Assembly (NCBI GenBank): GCA_030141605.1
Contig: JAQGDQ010000840.1
Span: 1 to 64,000, forward strand
Origin: Tubiluchus corallicola
Taxonomy: Eukaryota > Animalia > Priapulida
DNA: 64,000 nt
Direction of reading: 5' to 3'
The first letter of the stretch is position 1. Each line of letters starts with the position of its first letter. The position numbers were made by a program, and so were the translations under genes. The notes under the pieces were generated by a model. That model was not told the DNA's origin, searched no databases, and was given only the letters and a program-made list of their open reading frames with translations. This document shows, one piece after another, positions 13,291 through 29,921 of the stretch.

Positions 13291-13904
13291 TTCCTCTTCC
13301 GACGAAAAAAAAGAAACAAAACAAACAAACGAAATGTGTAACTATATTATATCGCTTTTACTTTCCGTTTCTCACTTTTTACATCTTGTTTTCACTTTTA
13401 ACAACAACCAAATGACCACTTGCCCTCTTGGTTGCCCTTTTCTGTCTTTCTCTTTTTCTTCGCCTCATTTTAGCTGCTTCACTGGCCCCAGTCAACCCCC
13501 CTGGGGGTCTCGTCATATCATATCCTTCTCTCTCAACACGCTCTGCATAATTAACATCGATTCGTGTTGCCCGTTACGTCATCAGTTATCAGGGAATTCC
13601 AGAGACAGGTTGAAATGTCATTAAGAATGGTTGATAGTCAGGCTGAATTGTCATTAAGAAAGGTTGATAAATGATGCTTATTAACAGTCATACTCAAGCG
13701 GAAACAGTGATTACACGAAATAAGACAAATTACTGCGCGGAGGATGAGGATGAGAAAGAAGCTGAGAGTAGCATCATCGCGTGGGGGAGGATGAGGAAGA
13801 TGCTGTAAGTGGCAGAAAAAGATTTGAAATGATTATCTGAAGAGGCCACAAGAAGAAAACGTTTTACGCAAGTTCCACTGAGGGATTGTTATTGAAGAGA
13901 CTGG

Positions 13905-13971
13905 AGGGAAAGAGAGAGAGTGAAAGAGAGAGAGCAAAAAAAAGAGAGAGAGAGAGAGAGAAAGAGAGAGC

Positions 13972-14026
<55 letters not shown>

Positions 14027-14513
14027 GGGAGAGTGAGACAGGGGGTGAAAGAGACAGAAAGAGACAGAAAGAGAGAGGGAGAGAGAGGGTGAAAAAAGAG
14101 AGAGAGAGATGGGGGAGAGTGAGACAGGGGGAGAAAGAGATAAAACGAGAGGGAGAGAGAGAGCGAAAGAAAGAATGAGAGAGAGAAAGAGAGTGAGACA
14201 GGGGGAGAAAGAGATAGAAAGAGAGTGAGAGAGAGAGTGTGAAAAGAGAGAGACAGAGAGAGAGAAAGAGAGAGAGAGAAAGAACAAAAAATAAAGAGAG
14301 GGAGAGAAAGTGAGAGAGAGAAAGAGGGAGAAAGAGAGAGCGAAAGAGAGACAGAGAGAGATTGAGGGAGAAAGATAGAGAGAGAGGGAGCGAAAGAGAG
14401 AGAGACAGAGAGAGAGAGAGAAAGAAAGAGAGAGAGGGAAAGAGAGAAAGAGGGAGGAAGAGAGAGAAAGAGATAGCGAAAGAGAGAGAGAGAGAAAGAG
14501 AGAGAGAGAAAGA

Positions 14514-14571
<58 letters not shown>

Positions 14572-14575
14572 GAAC
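13905..14575. repeat. Degenerate (GA)n microsatellite
   Basis: Directly visible. Confidence 0.95.
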
Positions 14576-15626
14576 GAGTCTTTCATTTCTGCAGCTCAAT
14601 ATTTTTCAGGTGAAAATGACATCAGAAATGAAAAGCGAGGAAATAAAACCTACAAATGACTTGGTAACATTTTCTTAACGACTCCGTCTCATGGCACGCA
14701 GCAACGTTAAATCACTCCCAGTACAGCTTCCTGACACATAAACTAATGTAACAACTGAAGCCAAGTGCGGGGGCGTAGCTAAGCTGACCCAACCGGTGAA
14801 GACAAACTTAGAAAACATTCTCAGAGGAATTTTAGCAGCACCCTAACGGTTTACCCAGGCGGTTGTTAATCTGCTCGGCGCGGGTTTTTTGTGGTTTTGA
14901 CTGTGGCGCCACTGTAGTTTTTATGCACATGATTTGCGATGCCACCTGCAGGCGTTGCCACGAAAGATCAGAGAAGCCGCTTCGTGCAGTTATGAAGCTG
15001 AGAGAGCGAATAGAAAGGCTATAAATTAGTGGTAACCTCAGCAAACCAGCAAATATCAGAGAAACCTGCGTGGAAAACAAAACATGTAATAATATTGGTC
15101 TTTCCTGCGTGTGGAGATATGTAGGGCTGTATCTGGCTTCATGTAAGCATAAGTATTTAATAAGAAACCAGTTTAAGACATAAAAACTGTACCTGGCTTC
15201 ATGTAGAACAATTGTAAGCATGAGTATTTAATAAAAAAAATACCAGTTTAAGGTGTAAAGACTGTACCTGGCTTCATATGTACCTTTATCTGGTTTTATG
15301 TTAAAATTTTGCATTTTATAAATAAGGAACCAATTTAAGATTTGTTACTTTAGCCTGAGGCAGAGTGGCTTCTTTTACATGGCTTCATGAGTGAGAAATT
15401 TGGCTAAGGGGCTACTAATTTATAGTAGAAAGAAAATCTTGTTTACAGTTGGGCCAGTATGCTATTATATAATTTTATTTATTTGTATTTTTAGGTTTAC
15501 TTTATGTTGTGAATATTTACAATGTTGATGACAGAGTGACACTGCAGCACATTGAATTGTGAATTTCGACATGAAAGATCCTGTCTTCATACTTTTGTAT
15601 TTGTTTTCCAAGTTGAGATCATTTTC

Positions 15627-15945
<319 letters not shown>

Positions 15946-17461
15946 ATCAAAATTAATTAACATAATTAATGATTAAACAATAAGTAGGATTAAGGCCTAA
16001 TTGTTGAAACTGCGGTGCTATATAAAAATTTTATGCAATCAAAAGATGATTAATATTAAGAATAATCAAAACAGTTTATTACACTGGTTTGGATAATGCT
16101 CTAATCATGGTTAAATTCTAATTTCAACTAAATATTAAAGGTTTCGGCGCAGCATCGCTTCTCACTTTTGCCTTGAGCAATTCACCTTTTCATATGGAAC
16201 GTTGAGCTGAAATTTCAATGGGGCAAAATGGCAATTATCGTTAATGACACAAAAATCAATTCGCTGGAGCCACGGATTCGTCTGGTTTCGTATTGTTTCC
16301 GGTTTTCCACACACCTGCTTTGTCATTTGCACAAATTATTCACCAACCAAATCGGTTTCAATTTGACACGGAGGTGATTTTATTATGAAACGTGCGCGGG
16401 GGGGGGGGAGCTCGACCTGCCCCCTGGCAGAACACCTATTAATTATTGTATAAGTTCAATGCAATATAAGCGCTCAGCCATCCAAGCATGCCATATAGAC
16501 GTATTTCAAATTAGCTAGAACGTATTGTGTTGACGGAAGTGACGTCATCAGTATTGTAAAACTGCTTTTATAGTTCATGCTTTGTCACTGGGAAGCAAGC
16601 TATAAATTTATAATATTTTGAAATGCATGAATCACCACGTAATATGACAGACGTAGCCAATTGCAAAACTTATTGGTTCTTAAACCTTAGTATGTTTATG
16701 GAGTACCTACGCCTGTTGCAATATCTTTCAGGACTAATGTATTTCATCAATAATTTTCTTGTATTTTTGTAGTGGAAATTGGGCTAAATTGATACAGAAG
16801 TAAAGCAAGCAAGTAAAACAATCAGTTCATGTTTCTCAAAACAAACAAATGTAGTAAGAGACCAACATACTAATGCTGCTTAGAAACGTATTTTTATAGA
16901 AAATGGACTTTATTAACATACTTATTAAGCCTGAATTTCAAATATGCCGCCATATTCTTTTTCGCACAATATCGCGGCTTACAGTTGCTTACGAAATTGA
17001 TAACTAATTTGAATATGAATTTGGAAAAGTCAACTGATATTAAATCGTTAAAAATGCTTGACATAGTGTCCAACTATCGTGTTCCATAGAACAAGCAATC
17101 TAAAACAAATTAGGACAAATTCCCACTATGGAACGAACTCTGTAATCAAACAAGCAATTCTACTTTGGAATTCTCTACCATTACAGGTGAAACAAATCAA
17201 GTCCCTATGAGCATTTAAAACAAAATTAAAATACTAATATTAACCAGATATGAAATACCATCACATCTGTACGACAACATACACACTAATTCAGAATTCA
17301 TATATCCACGGCCATATTAAATAAATCATAGTTTTTTCATTTTTTTGTGCATAGTTGTAAATATGTTTGATTTTATTCGTCATTACTGCACAGTAGTTTA
17401 GATTGCACTGACGCATTTGCCTTTAGCAGTGTAAGTTTTTATTAACTAACACTGATTGATC

Positions 17462-17570
<109 letters not shown>

Positions 17571-18275
17571 CATTTGGGCATCTTATATAGTTTTGTTTGT
17601 TATCAAAAAGTTAAAAATTATTCGTATAAATGCACGTTTGTGACGTTGGTTTACCCAATGCCGCTTTGCCCCACCTTTCTCTACATAAAACGGTAACTAG
17701 TCTTAATCGTTTTCACCAACCTCACTGATTATCCCTCCCTTTTGTTCACTCCCACCCACTTGAACTCATCTCATTTCGTCTACTCCCACAGACATGCTAA
17801 CTCAATTGTTGAAATGTTTACTTCACCATGAAAACGACATGATCCGTCGTGACAGAAGTCGCATTTTCATTATTAAATGCAACCATGCGACGCACAGACG
17901 GCGCTGCGCATTGTTTATACACGACAGACGCCATCTATAACAATGGATAACAAGAGAACGCTCGTAGTGATGGAGTTTTGTCAATAATGCGGGCGTATTG
18001 CTGAACCGTCATGCATGTTGTACGGCTGTCAATGATCACCTGGTTTATTTGCATTATTAACCAAACGAAACCGAACTGATCTTTGTCGTAACAGAGGGTA
18101 AACGTTAGAGGTCAAAAATAGAGAATGGGTCACGTGACTAGTGGACAATAGAAGAGCAGATTGTTCGTAAATAGAATGTACCGTTACAGTAATGCAACAA
18201 AGTGAATGTTAGACATGATAGAACTTGCTACATTAGCGAGATATTATACAGCATATTTTAATAGTCTGTTTATTA

Positions 18276-18992
18276 AAGGGAAACAGGATGATACTGCCCC
18301 CATTTTCATATACTATCCCATTTTAAAGTCGGATAAAAAGTATACATTTTAACACAGTTAGTACTGCAAAGCGTTTCTGCTAATAAGATAATAGATTAGA
18401 AACTTAATTACCGGCGGGCGAGCCCAACTACTGGTGACATCACAAACTAACATAATTTTCAACAGCAGAAATATTCCATGAGCGTGTTGCGCGTGTTTAC
18501 GAAAGCGAAAATTGCAGTACAGTGCTACTGTTAGATTTTCCGTGTGTTGTACTAAAACTAGGCAAGTTTTAAGATAAAATTTCAAATTTACCGCTGTGCT
18601 CGTGCATGAGCTGTTGAACGTAGTCGTTCGTTACAAATTAACACATCTGAACTGAGAGGTACAGCACCTCTTTTCTGTGCAATAGTTTCCGAAATGCAGG
18701 CGCTGGTCTATCACGTAAATCATTTTTGAAAATATCACGAAAATGGGCTGTACATCATTTAAGCAGTAACGCTTACACAAACGTGCTTGACGCACAAAGG
18801 AAGGTGCCTGCCATTGCGGAAACTGTGGTTAATTTGTGACGTAAGCAACAGCTGTGTTCGGTTGCAGTTAACAAACTTTCTTAGTATTCCAATGTAAGAA
18901 ACAATTGTTAAGTTTTATAGACAAGCAAATGTAAATTTTGGAGAGTAAGTTAAAATGAGATTGAGTCTAAACAATCGACCGGATTTCGTTTA
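18276..18992. mobile_element. Second copy of the TTAA-type non-autonomous element
   Basis: Starts ttaa|aggg. 5' part matches 391-840 and 3' part matches 11385-11575. Confidence 0.6.
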
Positions 18993-19140
18993 GAGATTTT
19001 AATAAACGATTACAAGGCAAAATGGCAGACTTTATTCAACGAGGTATTTTTAAACCATTTTTGAACAAACTTACATAGGAAATCATTTTGCTCTTATTAC
19101 ATCTGACTAAAAACCTGTAACTTTATTTTTTACCTGTAGG

Positions 19141-19873
<733 letters not shown>

Positions 19874-20215
19874 CCTGTAAGCTTAATTTATTGAAACCTG
19901 GAAAAGGCTAATACACATTTACAGTAAATTTACAATGTAAATTATTTACTATTGATTAACTAAGATTCAAGAAACGTTATGATGTTGCTTTTTTACGTTA
20001 TCGTCCCATGATTACACTATCAAAGCTTTCCCACGTCACTGACATGAACCAACATTTTCCCGGAAACCCATTTTCCCCTTCCGGTAGCCCACATTCACTG
20101 TCAAACCGTTCCTAAAGTGACTTTATTCACAGCTACATTCAGCACTTGCAATGTTTACGAAATTAACAGACCAGAAATACCTACGTAAACTTAGGCATTA
20201 TGAGTCAGCAAAAGT

Positions 20216-20227
20216 TGCGCATGCGCA
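20216..20227. promoter_or_regulatory. Perfect NRF1/EWG palindrome TGCGCATGCGCA
   Basis: Exact match. ETS-like cacttcctg at 20401 and a donor-like GGTAAGT at ~20261 lie nearby. Confidence 0.4.
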
Positions 20228-22255
20228 GCAAGTAGAGCAGGTAGTTTTACCCTAATAGCTGGTAAGTGTCTGGTTTCAGTCGCCTAGACCTACAAAGAAG
20301 CGTACAGAGAGTCAGGCGCCCAGAAAATGTATTATTAATCTCAATTTCACATCTCATTAGCCACAAGGACAAATTGCTTCTAATTTCCCTGCGGCTGCGT
20401 CACTTCCTGTTGTAGATCGATTACAATGCCTGGACATCCTGGCACCTCAAGGCACTTTGATATGATTACTACAAACAGAGCTGATTTTAGACAAAGATCA
20501 TAGAATATTTATTGAAAGTAAACAAAATAAAGCAGCTTTGTTAAAGTGCCACTCCATTATGGTGTCTGAGCTTTGCGAACAATGGTGGCGCGCGTGTCGC
20601 CAGTCTAAATCCGACTTAATACGCGGCTAAGCCGGTCAAACGCACCGACAGGCCGCTGGTCAAGCTCAGCTGAATGAGCATACACAGACGTTCTTATGAT
20701 ATTGACCAGTGGTCAGTTAAAATGGATAAGTACTAAGGCGATTTCGAACATCAGATGAAGCGAGCCAGCAATTCATCGAGTCGGCAAACAGCAAGTGAAT
20801 TGTTCTTAGATAGAAATGGAATTTTGTTTAAATTACAATATTAAAATTAAGTACAAACAAACATTTCCTACTGCAAACTTACATAGTGTTATCCCCAGAC
20901 AAGGAGCAACCAATGCAGTAAACAATTTTAAGTACTTTGTTTACACCACTTCTATATAAAACTAAAAAATGAGTAAATCTATTGTGAATTATAAGTTACA
21001 CAAACACATCAAAATGAAATTTGTGCAGCAACTAATAATTATCATTCTTCTAGCGTAATTTACAAAGTGACGTAATTCTAAAATTAAAATTATTGGAGAA
21101 AAGTTAATGTATGACTGTTTTTAACTGGTGAATTCAGGATTAAATCCTTTTTCTAACTTACTGTCTTTGACTTTAACTTTCTTAAACCTTTAAGTTACTA
21201 ATAAATTTAAATTAAATGTTTACGGGTCTGATAGGTTTTAACAATTTCCCATTAAAACGCTGGCATCTTTTCAAGAGGCAATTTCACAACTGCTGTTTAG
21301 AAAATCATCAGTTTCTGACCATTATCAACTATTGTTTAGTTTGCTTTTTAAAATGGTCAAATTTAAATAGTGACATTAGGGGAGAATTGGGCAGTTTGAA
21401 CTACCAGTCCTGTCCCGTCCACGTTAGTGTTTCTTGTATAGATGTCAGCACTGTAGGACCTTATCTTACAATCACTAAAAGACGTTACTTCTGCCAAGCT
21501 ACTGCGTGCCTCTTGTTTTGTTTTAACAATTGTACTTGCACTACATGTGACCCTGCTTAGCAAAATGCGCCAAATATGGAGCTTGAAATCAAAAAACGCC
21601 AAATATGGAGCTAGAGATCAAAAAAGTTAGAAAAGTCAATTTTTATGAAATTTTGGATTTTATTGCTTTTCTAATCTATGACGATTTTGCTATCCTGCTG
21701 TTATTGGCACTTTTATAATGTAAATTTGTAAGAACAGCTGAATCTCAAGGTAGAAAATACACATTAATAACAGCAATAAACTTGTTCATGTCCTTGAGAT
21801 TAATATAAACATTTATCAAATTCACAATCATATTAAAATATTAGCATCACATTATGAAAAGCTTTCGCAAACTTCTTAATTTCCATTTCTCCATTTTCAT
21901 TTTCCGACTGTCATTAATTTATGAATCAAAAGTCATTATAATAAACGACATGATTAGTCATTAGTAGATGAATGAAATACAATATCATGGTTGGAAATTA
22001 TTCAAGGCTGAAGTTTTGTTAAGTTAAAGACGTTCTTGTGTTGATTATTATTTATGGCGTCTTTTGGTTTTAATGTTTTGTCGGCACTTTGAAGTTGAGA
22101 TTTTCAGTTGCAGTTTAATTAGCTGTCGGTGCAATAATTTACCAGCTTGTTTAGAAGAAGTCTGTAAGCAAAAATGTGAGAACTGTCACGTTCCAAAGCA
22201 TCTGTTGTGCATAGATTTGAAAATGTGATGTGGCATATGTATAGTATTGAATGTG

Positions 22256-22670
22256 TATAGAATGGAATAGAATGGAATAGAATGGAATAGAATAGAATAG
22301 AATAGAATAGAATAGAATAGAATAGAATAGAATAGAATAGAATAGAATAGAATAGAATACAGTGGAATGGAACGAAATAGAATAGAATGGAATGGAATGA
22401 ATTAGAATAGAATAGAATAGAATAGAATAGAATAGAATAGAATAGAATAGAATAGAATAGAATAGAATAGAATAGAATAGAATAGAATAGAACGGAATTG
22501 AATGGAATGAAAAAGAATAGAATGGAATGAAATGAAATGGAATGGAATAGAATAGAATAGAATAGAACGGAACGGAACGGAACGGAACGGAACGGAATAG
22601 AATAGAATAGAATAGAATAGAATAGAATAGAATAGAATAGAATAGAATAGAATAGAATAGAATAGAATAG
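22256..22670. repeat. (AATAG/AATGG/AACGG)n pentanucleotide satellite
   Basis: Directly visible. Confidence 0.95.
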
Positions 22671-23270
22671 ATTGATGTACACACATTTCTCCCACCTCCC
22701 CCTGGATGTACACACACATTTCCACCTCCTCCCATTGGGGGTAGATGTAATGATGACTAATATTTAATGATGTCATGCAAGCTGTGACCATAGATAATAC
22801 TGGGTGGTGACAATGTTCATGGATTACTGCCAACACTGCTTTACATAATTTGCGTAATTGCGTTTCCTGCACAAATGAAGCCAATTATTAATCAACCAAC
22901 CATGACAAGTTACTATTAATCTGCAGACAGAAAGTCGCCACAGTCTGTATGCACCTGTCTGTAATCATCAGGTATGTCATATCATAGACAGGTAAATATT
23001 AGGTAAACGTGCACAGGTATTCCCAGCTTCCTGAGGGGAGGGGAATTCACTTGGCTTCATTTGGTGTCACGTGGCATCTACAGGATGAGTCAGGGGTTTA
23101 CCGGGAAAGAGCCTTTGGGCTGCAATAAAGATTACATTAGCGACGTTTAATAACCATGGTTACTGAGTAAGTCACGTGATGTAATTACTGGTTATAGTTA
23201 AACCTAGGATTATTAGCAGCATCTGAAAACATCAAAGAAAATGTGTCTCTCTGAGATTTAGCTTTTATGT

Positions 23271-23590
<320 letters not shown>

Positions 23591-24064
23591 GAGCAGTTAA
23601 ACACCACTTTGAACATCCGTGTCATTTTAGAAATCGTTAGTTGAAATTTTGACCATAATGGCCCAGTTTAGTTCATCAGGTAATTCAAACTTAATCAAAC
23701 AATTCTTCAAACATTTTACAAAATCTGATTGCATTTTATTACAAACAGCTTAACAATTTAGAAATCTCTACATTCAGTCTAAACAGAGAGAAATAAAATG
23801 TCTGAACAGCATGAAATCCAAAGCTCATTAAATATTAAAACTCATTGCAGTTCACAAACCTAACGCTCTTTTAAATTCCAAAGGGTCTTAAGAAATTTAT
23901 AATATATCATTAAACGTACGTGCTTAAGTCAAAGCGCAGCTGATTGAGATACCTGCCTGGATACATTAATAGTAAAAGGTCAGTAATGTGAGTGGTACAA
24001 CCTGGTAAGATATTGCTTATTCATGTAACTCAGTTTAGAATTTGAATTTTATGTTAGATGCTAC

Positions 24065-24322
24065 AACTGTGATATAAAATGCATCATTCTTTAATAATCG
24101 TACATTAATATTTACTAACCGTCATTTTTTACTAATGTCTAATGTATCACTGTAGTAAAACTTTAGTACATACTAAAGTATACTAAAAACTAAGTATAGT
24201 CTATTCTTACTGCAAATGTTTTTGTGAATAGTGTATAAAGTCTGTTGTGGTGAGGATCTTAAATCATGTTGTACAAACTGTCTGATCCAATCCTAAATAA
24301 ATTATGTTTAAACTAAACTAAC
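24065..24322 (+). mobile_element. LINE-tail-like dispersed repeat copy
   Basis: Near-identical to 32460-32697; ends in (actaa)n. Confidence 0.65.
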
Positions 24323-25229
24323 TCAGTTTAGAATTTGAGGAAGAGTTTCAGCTAAAAATGCTTCTCGAGATGGTTTAATCGTAAATGACTTGCAAATCAC
24401 GATTGTTACATTTTATATCAATTTTATATAATATTTTGATATTTTAAATATTTATTTATCAGTGTCAAAAATACATACAAGACATACATACAATTTCAAT
24501 TTTGAAATATAATGAAACTTATATAAACAAAATAATTACTAATTAAACAAATATTGTTAAATCTTCCTGATAATTAAATTGGTTATTTAATGAAAAGTTC
24601 AACGATTAGTATTTAAAATAAATTGTCATTCATTAGGCCTCATTATTAATAGTATGATCATAACATGGGATGTTCATCATGTCTTAAAAACGCTTTTTCA
24701 GTATAATTAATAACTGCCTTAATTACTTCTAAATCATTACTTCCCATCAGGAATAAAAATTTATCAGCATCGCTCATAAGGAAAAATTCTGGTATAATTA
24801 CACTGATGTGACTATATAATTTTCCTGTAAGACCATTTTAATTTGGGCATTTTATAACAAAGTGTAGTTCGTGTTTGATTTCACTTCCCAAACAGTATGA
24901 GCAGATACGATTCTCAGCTGGGATTTTTCTAGTTTTATAAGTTATAAGTTACAAGTTTATTTATTTCCACTCTGCATTACTGCAGAGGTTTGAAGCATTG
25001 TCATCAGCTTCTGTTTTTTCTATTTGTGTTGTTCTTGTTAGCCGCCCCTTTTGATTTCTAAGTTTTGGTTTTGTTGTTTCTTTCTCAAAATTTCTTCAGT
25101 GTCCGTTTTCTAGTCCTTACCGGCATCACAGATGGCGGGGCCGTAGGGCTATCTACCGGGTCGAAACCCGGAACAATATTTTACCCAATAAATTATAAAT
25201 TATATCATTGTACAACATTGGCAGAAAGC

Positions 25230-25589
<360 letters not shown>

Positions 25590-26352
25590 CATTCAGCGGA
25601 TCAAATTGTTTGGTAGCAAAACTCAATTACGTAAGATTAAGCTGACGTTAAGTACCGACGCATACACCATAATCAACAGGTAAGAAGTCATAAAGACCAG
25701 TAATAATGCATAATCCTCCAGCACGACCAGGTCACGTGATCCGAGATAAACGCTTTAAACGTTCATCAAAAACACCGCTAAACTTTTAACCAATCAGAAG
25801 AGTCAACTTCCGTCAGGCAAGCTCAAGTTTCAGTGCAGAAAGCTCAGAGATCATTGAATTCGCTGAGATCTCAGTATAGAAAGCTTAGAGTCGATTCTGT
25901 ACAGATCCAGGAACTTGCGCGTGACTCCAGACAATTTCCCCAGATTTACTGAGAGAATAAACTCATTTGAATGCAGCGGCTGGTGACTTGGTGCCTTTGT
26001 CCGCGTCATCATTCGTGCGCTTGCAAAACTAATCGTCTGTCAGCGTCTGTAAAGCTTTGATAAGAAGTAAACAATAAAGCACGCGTTCTCTTGATGGTAG
26101 TGTGACATACAGTTGGTTTATTTAACGGTTTTTTGTCGTTGAAATGAATCATTTGCTAGGCTATATGCTTTACATAAACACGGTCTCCATAATAGGAATG
26201 GAAACACATTATTCAGCAAGTCTTCAAATCTTTGCACTTTTTGACATTTTTTAAGCAAACTTCCGGGCAATTAATCGGTCTAACATCAATCGATTGCTGA
26301 TCGCTAATCGATTAGTCGTTTCTTGCGTAGGCTTGTTTTTAACCTTTATTGT

Positions 26353-27166
26353 TAGATTAGAATTGAACTTGTAAAGTTAGTCACATCTAAAGTATCACAA
26401 GTACAGATTAGAATGGAACTTGTAAAGTTAGTCACATCTAAAGTGTCACAAGTACAGATTAGAATTGAACTTGTAAAGTTAGTCACATCTAAAGTGTCAT
26501 AAGTACAGATTAGAATTGAACTTGTAAAGTTAGTCATATCTAAAGTGTCATAAGTACAGATTAGAATTGCACTTGTAAAGTTAGTTACATCTAAACTATC
26601 ATAAGTACAGATTAGAATTGAACTTGTAAAGTTAGTTACATCTAAAGTGTCATAAGTACAGATTAGAATTGAACTTGTAAAGTTAGTCACATCTAAAGTG
26701 TCATAAGTACAGATTAGAATTGAACTTGTAAAGTTAGTTACATCTAAACTATCATAAGTACAGATTAGAATTGAACTTGTAAAGTTAGTTACATCTAAAG
26801 TGTCATAAGTCCAGGTCAGAATTGAACTTGTAAAGTTAGTCACATCTAAAGTGTCATAAGTACAGATTAGAATTGAACTTGTAAAGTTAGTCACATCTAA
26901 AGTGTCATAAGTACAGATTAGAATTGAACTTGTAAAGTTAGTTACATCTAAACTATCATAAGTACAGATTGGAATTGAACTTGTAAAGTTAGTCACATCT
27001 AAAGTATCACAAGTACAGATTAGAATTGAACTTGTAAAGTTAGTCACATCTAAAGTATCATAAGTACAGGTCAGAATTGAACTTGTAAAGTTAGTCACAT
27101 CTAAACTATCACATCTAAAGTGTCATAGGTACAGATTAGAATTGAACTTGTAAAGTTAGTCACATC
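26353..27166. repeat. 51-bp minisatellite, ~16 copies
   Basis: Unit agattagaattgaacttgtaaagttagtcacatctaaagtgtcataagtac. Confidence 0.95.
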
Positions 27167-28199
27167 ATTTTTTTATTATCCCCGCTTGTTCAACCTACCC
27201 CAGTCTCACCTACAATGTGTTTACACCTCCCTCCAAGTAAAATGGAAAACAAAAAAGCATAAATAAAAGCGGCAGCCAACCCTCGTTACAACGCCCCCCC
27301 CCCGCCTGATAATGTCAACCTCGCTTAACGTCCAAATTTTTGCAAAAGAAACGTCTATGTTTGCATTGACATATATGTCATAATGTACCTCGTTACAACG
27401 TCTATGTTTGCATTGACACATATGTCATAATGTACCTCGTTACAATGCTAAATTGACTTAACGTCACTTTACAGCCCCAAAGTAAATTACATAAAGCATG
27501 TGGCTTTGATAGTACTTACTGACACCTAATCAGGTCTAATATGAAAAGGAATCGTGTTTATCAATAAGGGGAACCTTTTTAGGTGCAATTAAATCTACGA
27601 GTAGTTCTTTCATAACAATCATCATCTTTCAAGGACCTGTTCCAATAACAATCAACCCCTGGATCAACTCGCTCTCTCACGCCTACCATTTACTCTATGC
27701 AGCAGTCAGCTGAAGCATGAAACGTTATTAATTACACCAGTTTGACATGGGCTGGTAATGAAACATCACATTGCTATTACGTTTCAAGACAGTCATCAAT
27801 TTAAGCCCTGCAGACATCAAAGGAAGCCGCCTCGATGCGTGAGAGGGCGCTCGAAAGTGTTCGTATGACAGGTTCGAATAGAAGCAGAAAATAGGCAAAT
27901 CATGAAGAACTACAGGCCAAGGTACCTCCAGCAATGGAGCACCCGTCAAAGGACAAACGACTGTCAGTCAAAGCCCAACAGTCAAAGAACCACATGTAAA
28001 AGATTCACCCGGAAAGTCAAAGTCCCACAAGTCTAAGGACCACAATAGACAGCATGTTCTTCTTTTATTTAAGTCAGGAAAACTGTATTGATTTCTATCA
28101 TCAACAAACCAAATATTCTCGTGTGATGGAACAGAAATGATACAGCATGGCACGATACGCGTTATTCCTGTGTGATGGTAAGGTACTCAAGCCAACCGT

Positions 28200-28560
28200 T
28201 AAAGAAAGCTTCACTTTTGTTACAATCACAGCAGCCCCTAAAGGGAGTTTCACTTCTGCTAGACTCACTGCAGCCCCTAAAGGGAGTTTCACTATTGCTA
28301 GACACACTGCAGCTCTCAAACGCAGTTTCACTATTGCTGGACTCACTGCAGCTCTGAAAGGGAGTGTTGCATGCACTGTTTCCACATAAAGTTTAGCTAA
28401 AAGGCATACTTGACCCTTACAGGTTGCCATCACTGCAGCTCTTAAAGGGAGTTTCACTACTGCTAGATCACTGCAGCTCTCAAAGGGAGTGTTGCATGCA
28501 CTGTTTTCACCTAAAGTTCTGCTAAAAGGCATACTTGACTCTTATAGGTTGCTCTCACTG
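28200..28560. repeat. Diverged 36-bp tandem repeat with a larger internal duplication
   Basis: cactgcagcccctaaagggagtttcactattgctaga-like units; 28343-28435 resembles 28469-28560. Confidence 0.75.
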
Positions 28561-29299
28561 CTTGTAAATTCTCACCTGCGTTTTTAAGCTTGTTTCACAG
28601 CAGAGAGTCAAGGACGCTGCTCCCTCATTACTGCCCCCTAATGCAGGACTTTTTGACCTCATTTCCGGATTAAGAGGTTCCCATTTAGTGCCTCTTTTTA
28701 GCGGCCACATTGGGAGGAGTCACCGCGAACTGGTGAGGGAACAATGTCTGCATTAAGAGAGGTGGATTTTGTGAATTTACTGCAAAACCATAAAAACCCG
28801 TTTTTTGTGAAAATTTATATTTTTATTTAAAGCAACGCAGCGGTAAATTGAGGCTTTAGCAAATATTTCTGTAACAACAACATCTCGCTAAAGATTTCTG
28901 CACTTTACAAAACTTCAATCATTACTTCTTTAGAATATAGGTGGCGCTTTAACAAACGCGATTAGAAGCAAGTTTAGCAGCAGGAGGACATAAGAGACCA
29001 CGTGTTTGGGAAACAAATTTACATTGTTTTCACGTTTTAAAATAATTTCGCTTATGATATGATTTCTTAGATAACAATATATAATTAAACATGTTTTTAA
29101 ATCACGTTTTTTTAATTACTGCGTTCAGGGATGTTGTACTTAAAAAATAGATACTACACAAAGACTTACAAATGTACTTCACGCCTTAAAAACATCAAAA
29201 AATAAATGCGTGAATTTTTAACATAATTATACTCGCTATACCTTTGTTATTTATTTACTACATGTCCTGCTTGATAGATGCTATGGTATTGTCAAGATT

Positions 29300-29780
29300 A
29301 TTGTCGTCATCATCATCATCATCATCGTCGTCGTCATCATCATCATCATCGTCGTCATCATCATCATCATCATCAGTAGAAATATCAGCAGCAACATCAT
29401 TACCAGAACCACCACGATCACATTGTCATCAACATCTTAATCGTCGTCATAATCGTCATCATTGTCATCGTCATCATCATCATCTTCACCATCGCCACAA
29501 CCATCATCACCATCACAATCATCGTCACAATGATCATCGTCGTCATCATCATCGTCTTCATGATGATCAATTTATCGTCATTTGTTATATTAGGTGAAAC
29601 TGATTATCGCCATCATCTTCACCATCGCCACTACCATCATCACCATCATAACCATCGTCACAATCATCATCATTATCATCGCCGACTACATAATGATTAA
29701 TTTGTCATCTTAAGTAGTAACTGTCATAATATTCATCATTTACATCATCGTCATCATCATTGTCATCATGATTATCGTCA
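29300..29780. repeat. Degenerate (TCA/TCG)n microsatellite
   Basis: Directly visible. Confidence 0.85.
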
Positions 29781-29897
29781 CAAAAGTTGATTGTAGTTGC
29801 ATAACTGCATAATTATCTTCTTATCTAACCTAATGGTTACCTGTATCGTTAACAGTTGCATATCTCGCAGAAATATTCAGCTCATAAAGTATCAACA

Positions 29898-29921
29898 CCA
29901 ATCATGCGTCGCCATGGCAAC
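29898..29921. promoter_or_regulatory. CCAAT box plus RFX X-box (GTCGCCATGGCAAC)
   Basis: 13/14 match to the X-box palindrome GTTGCCATGGCAAC at 29908-29921, with CCAAT at 29898-29902. Confidence 0.45.
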
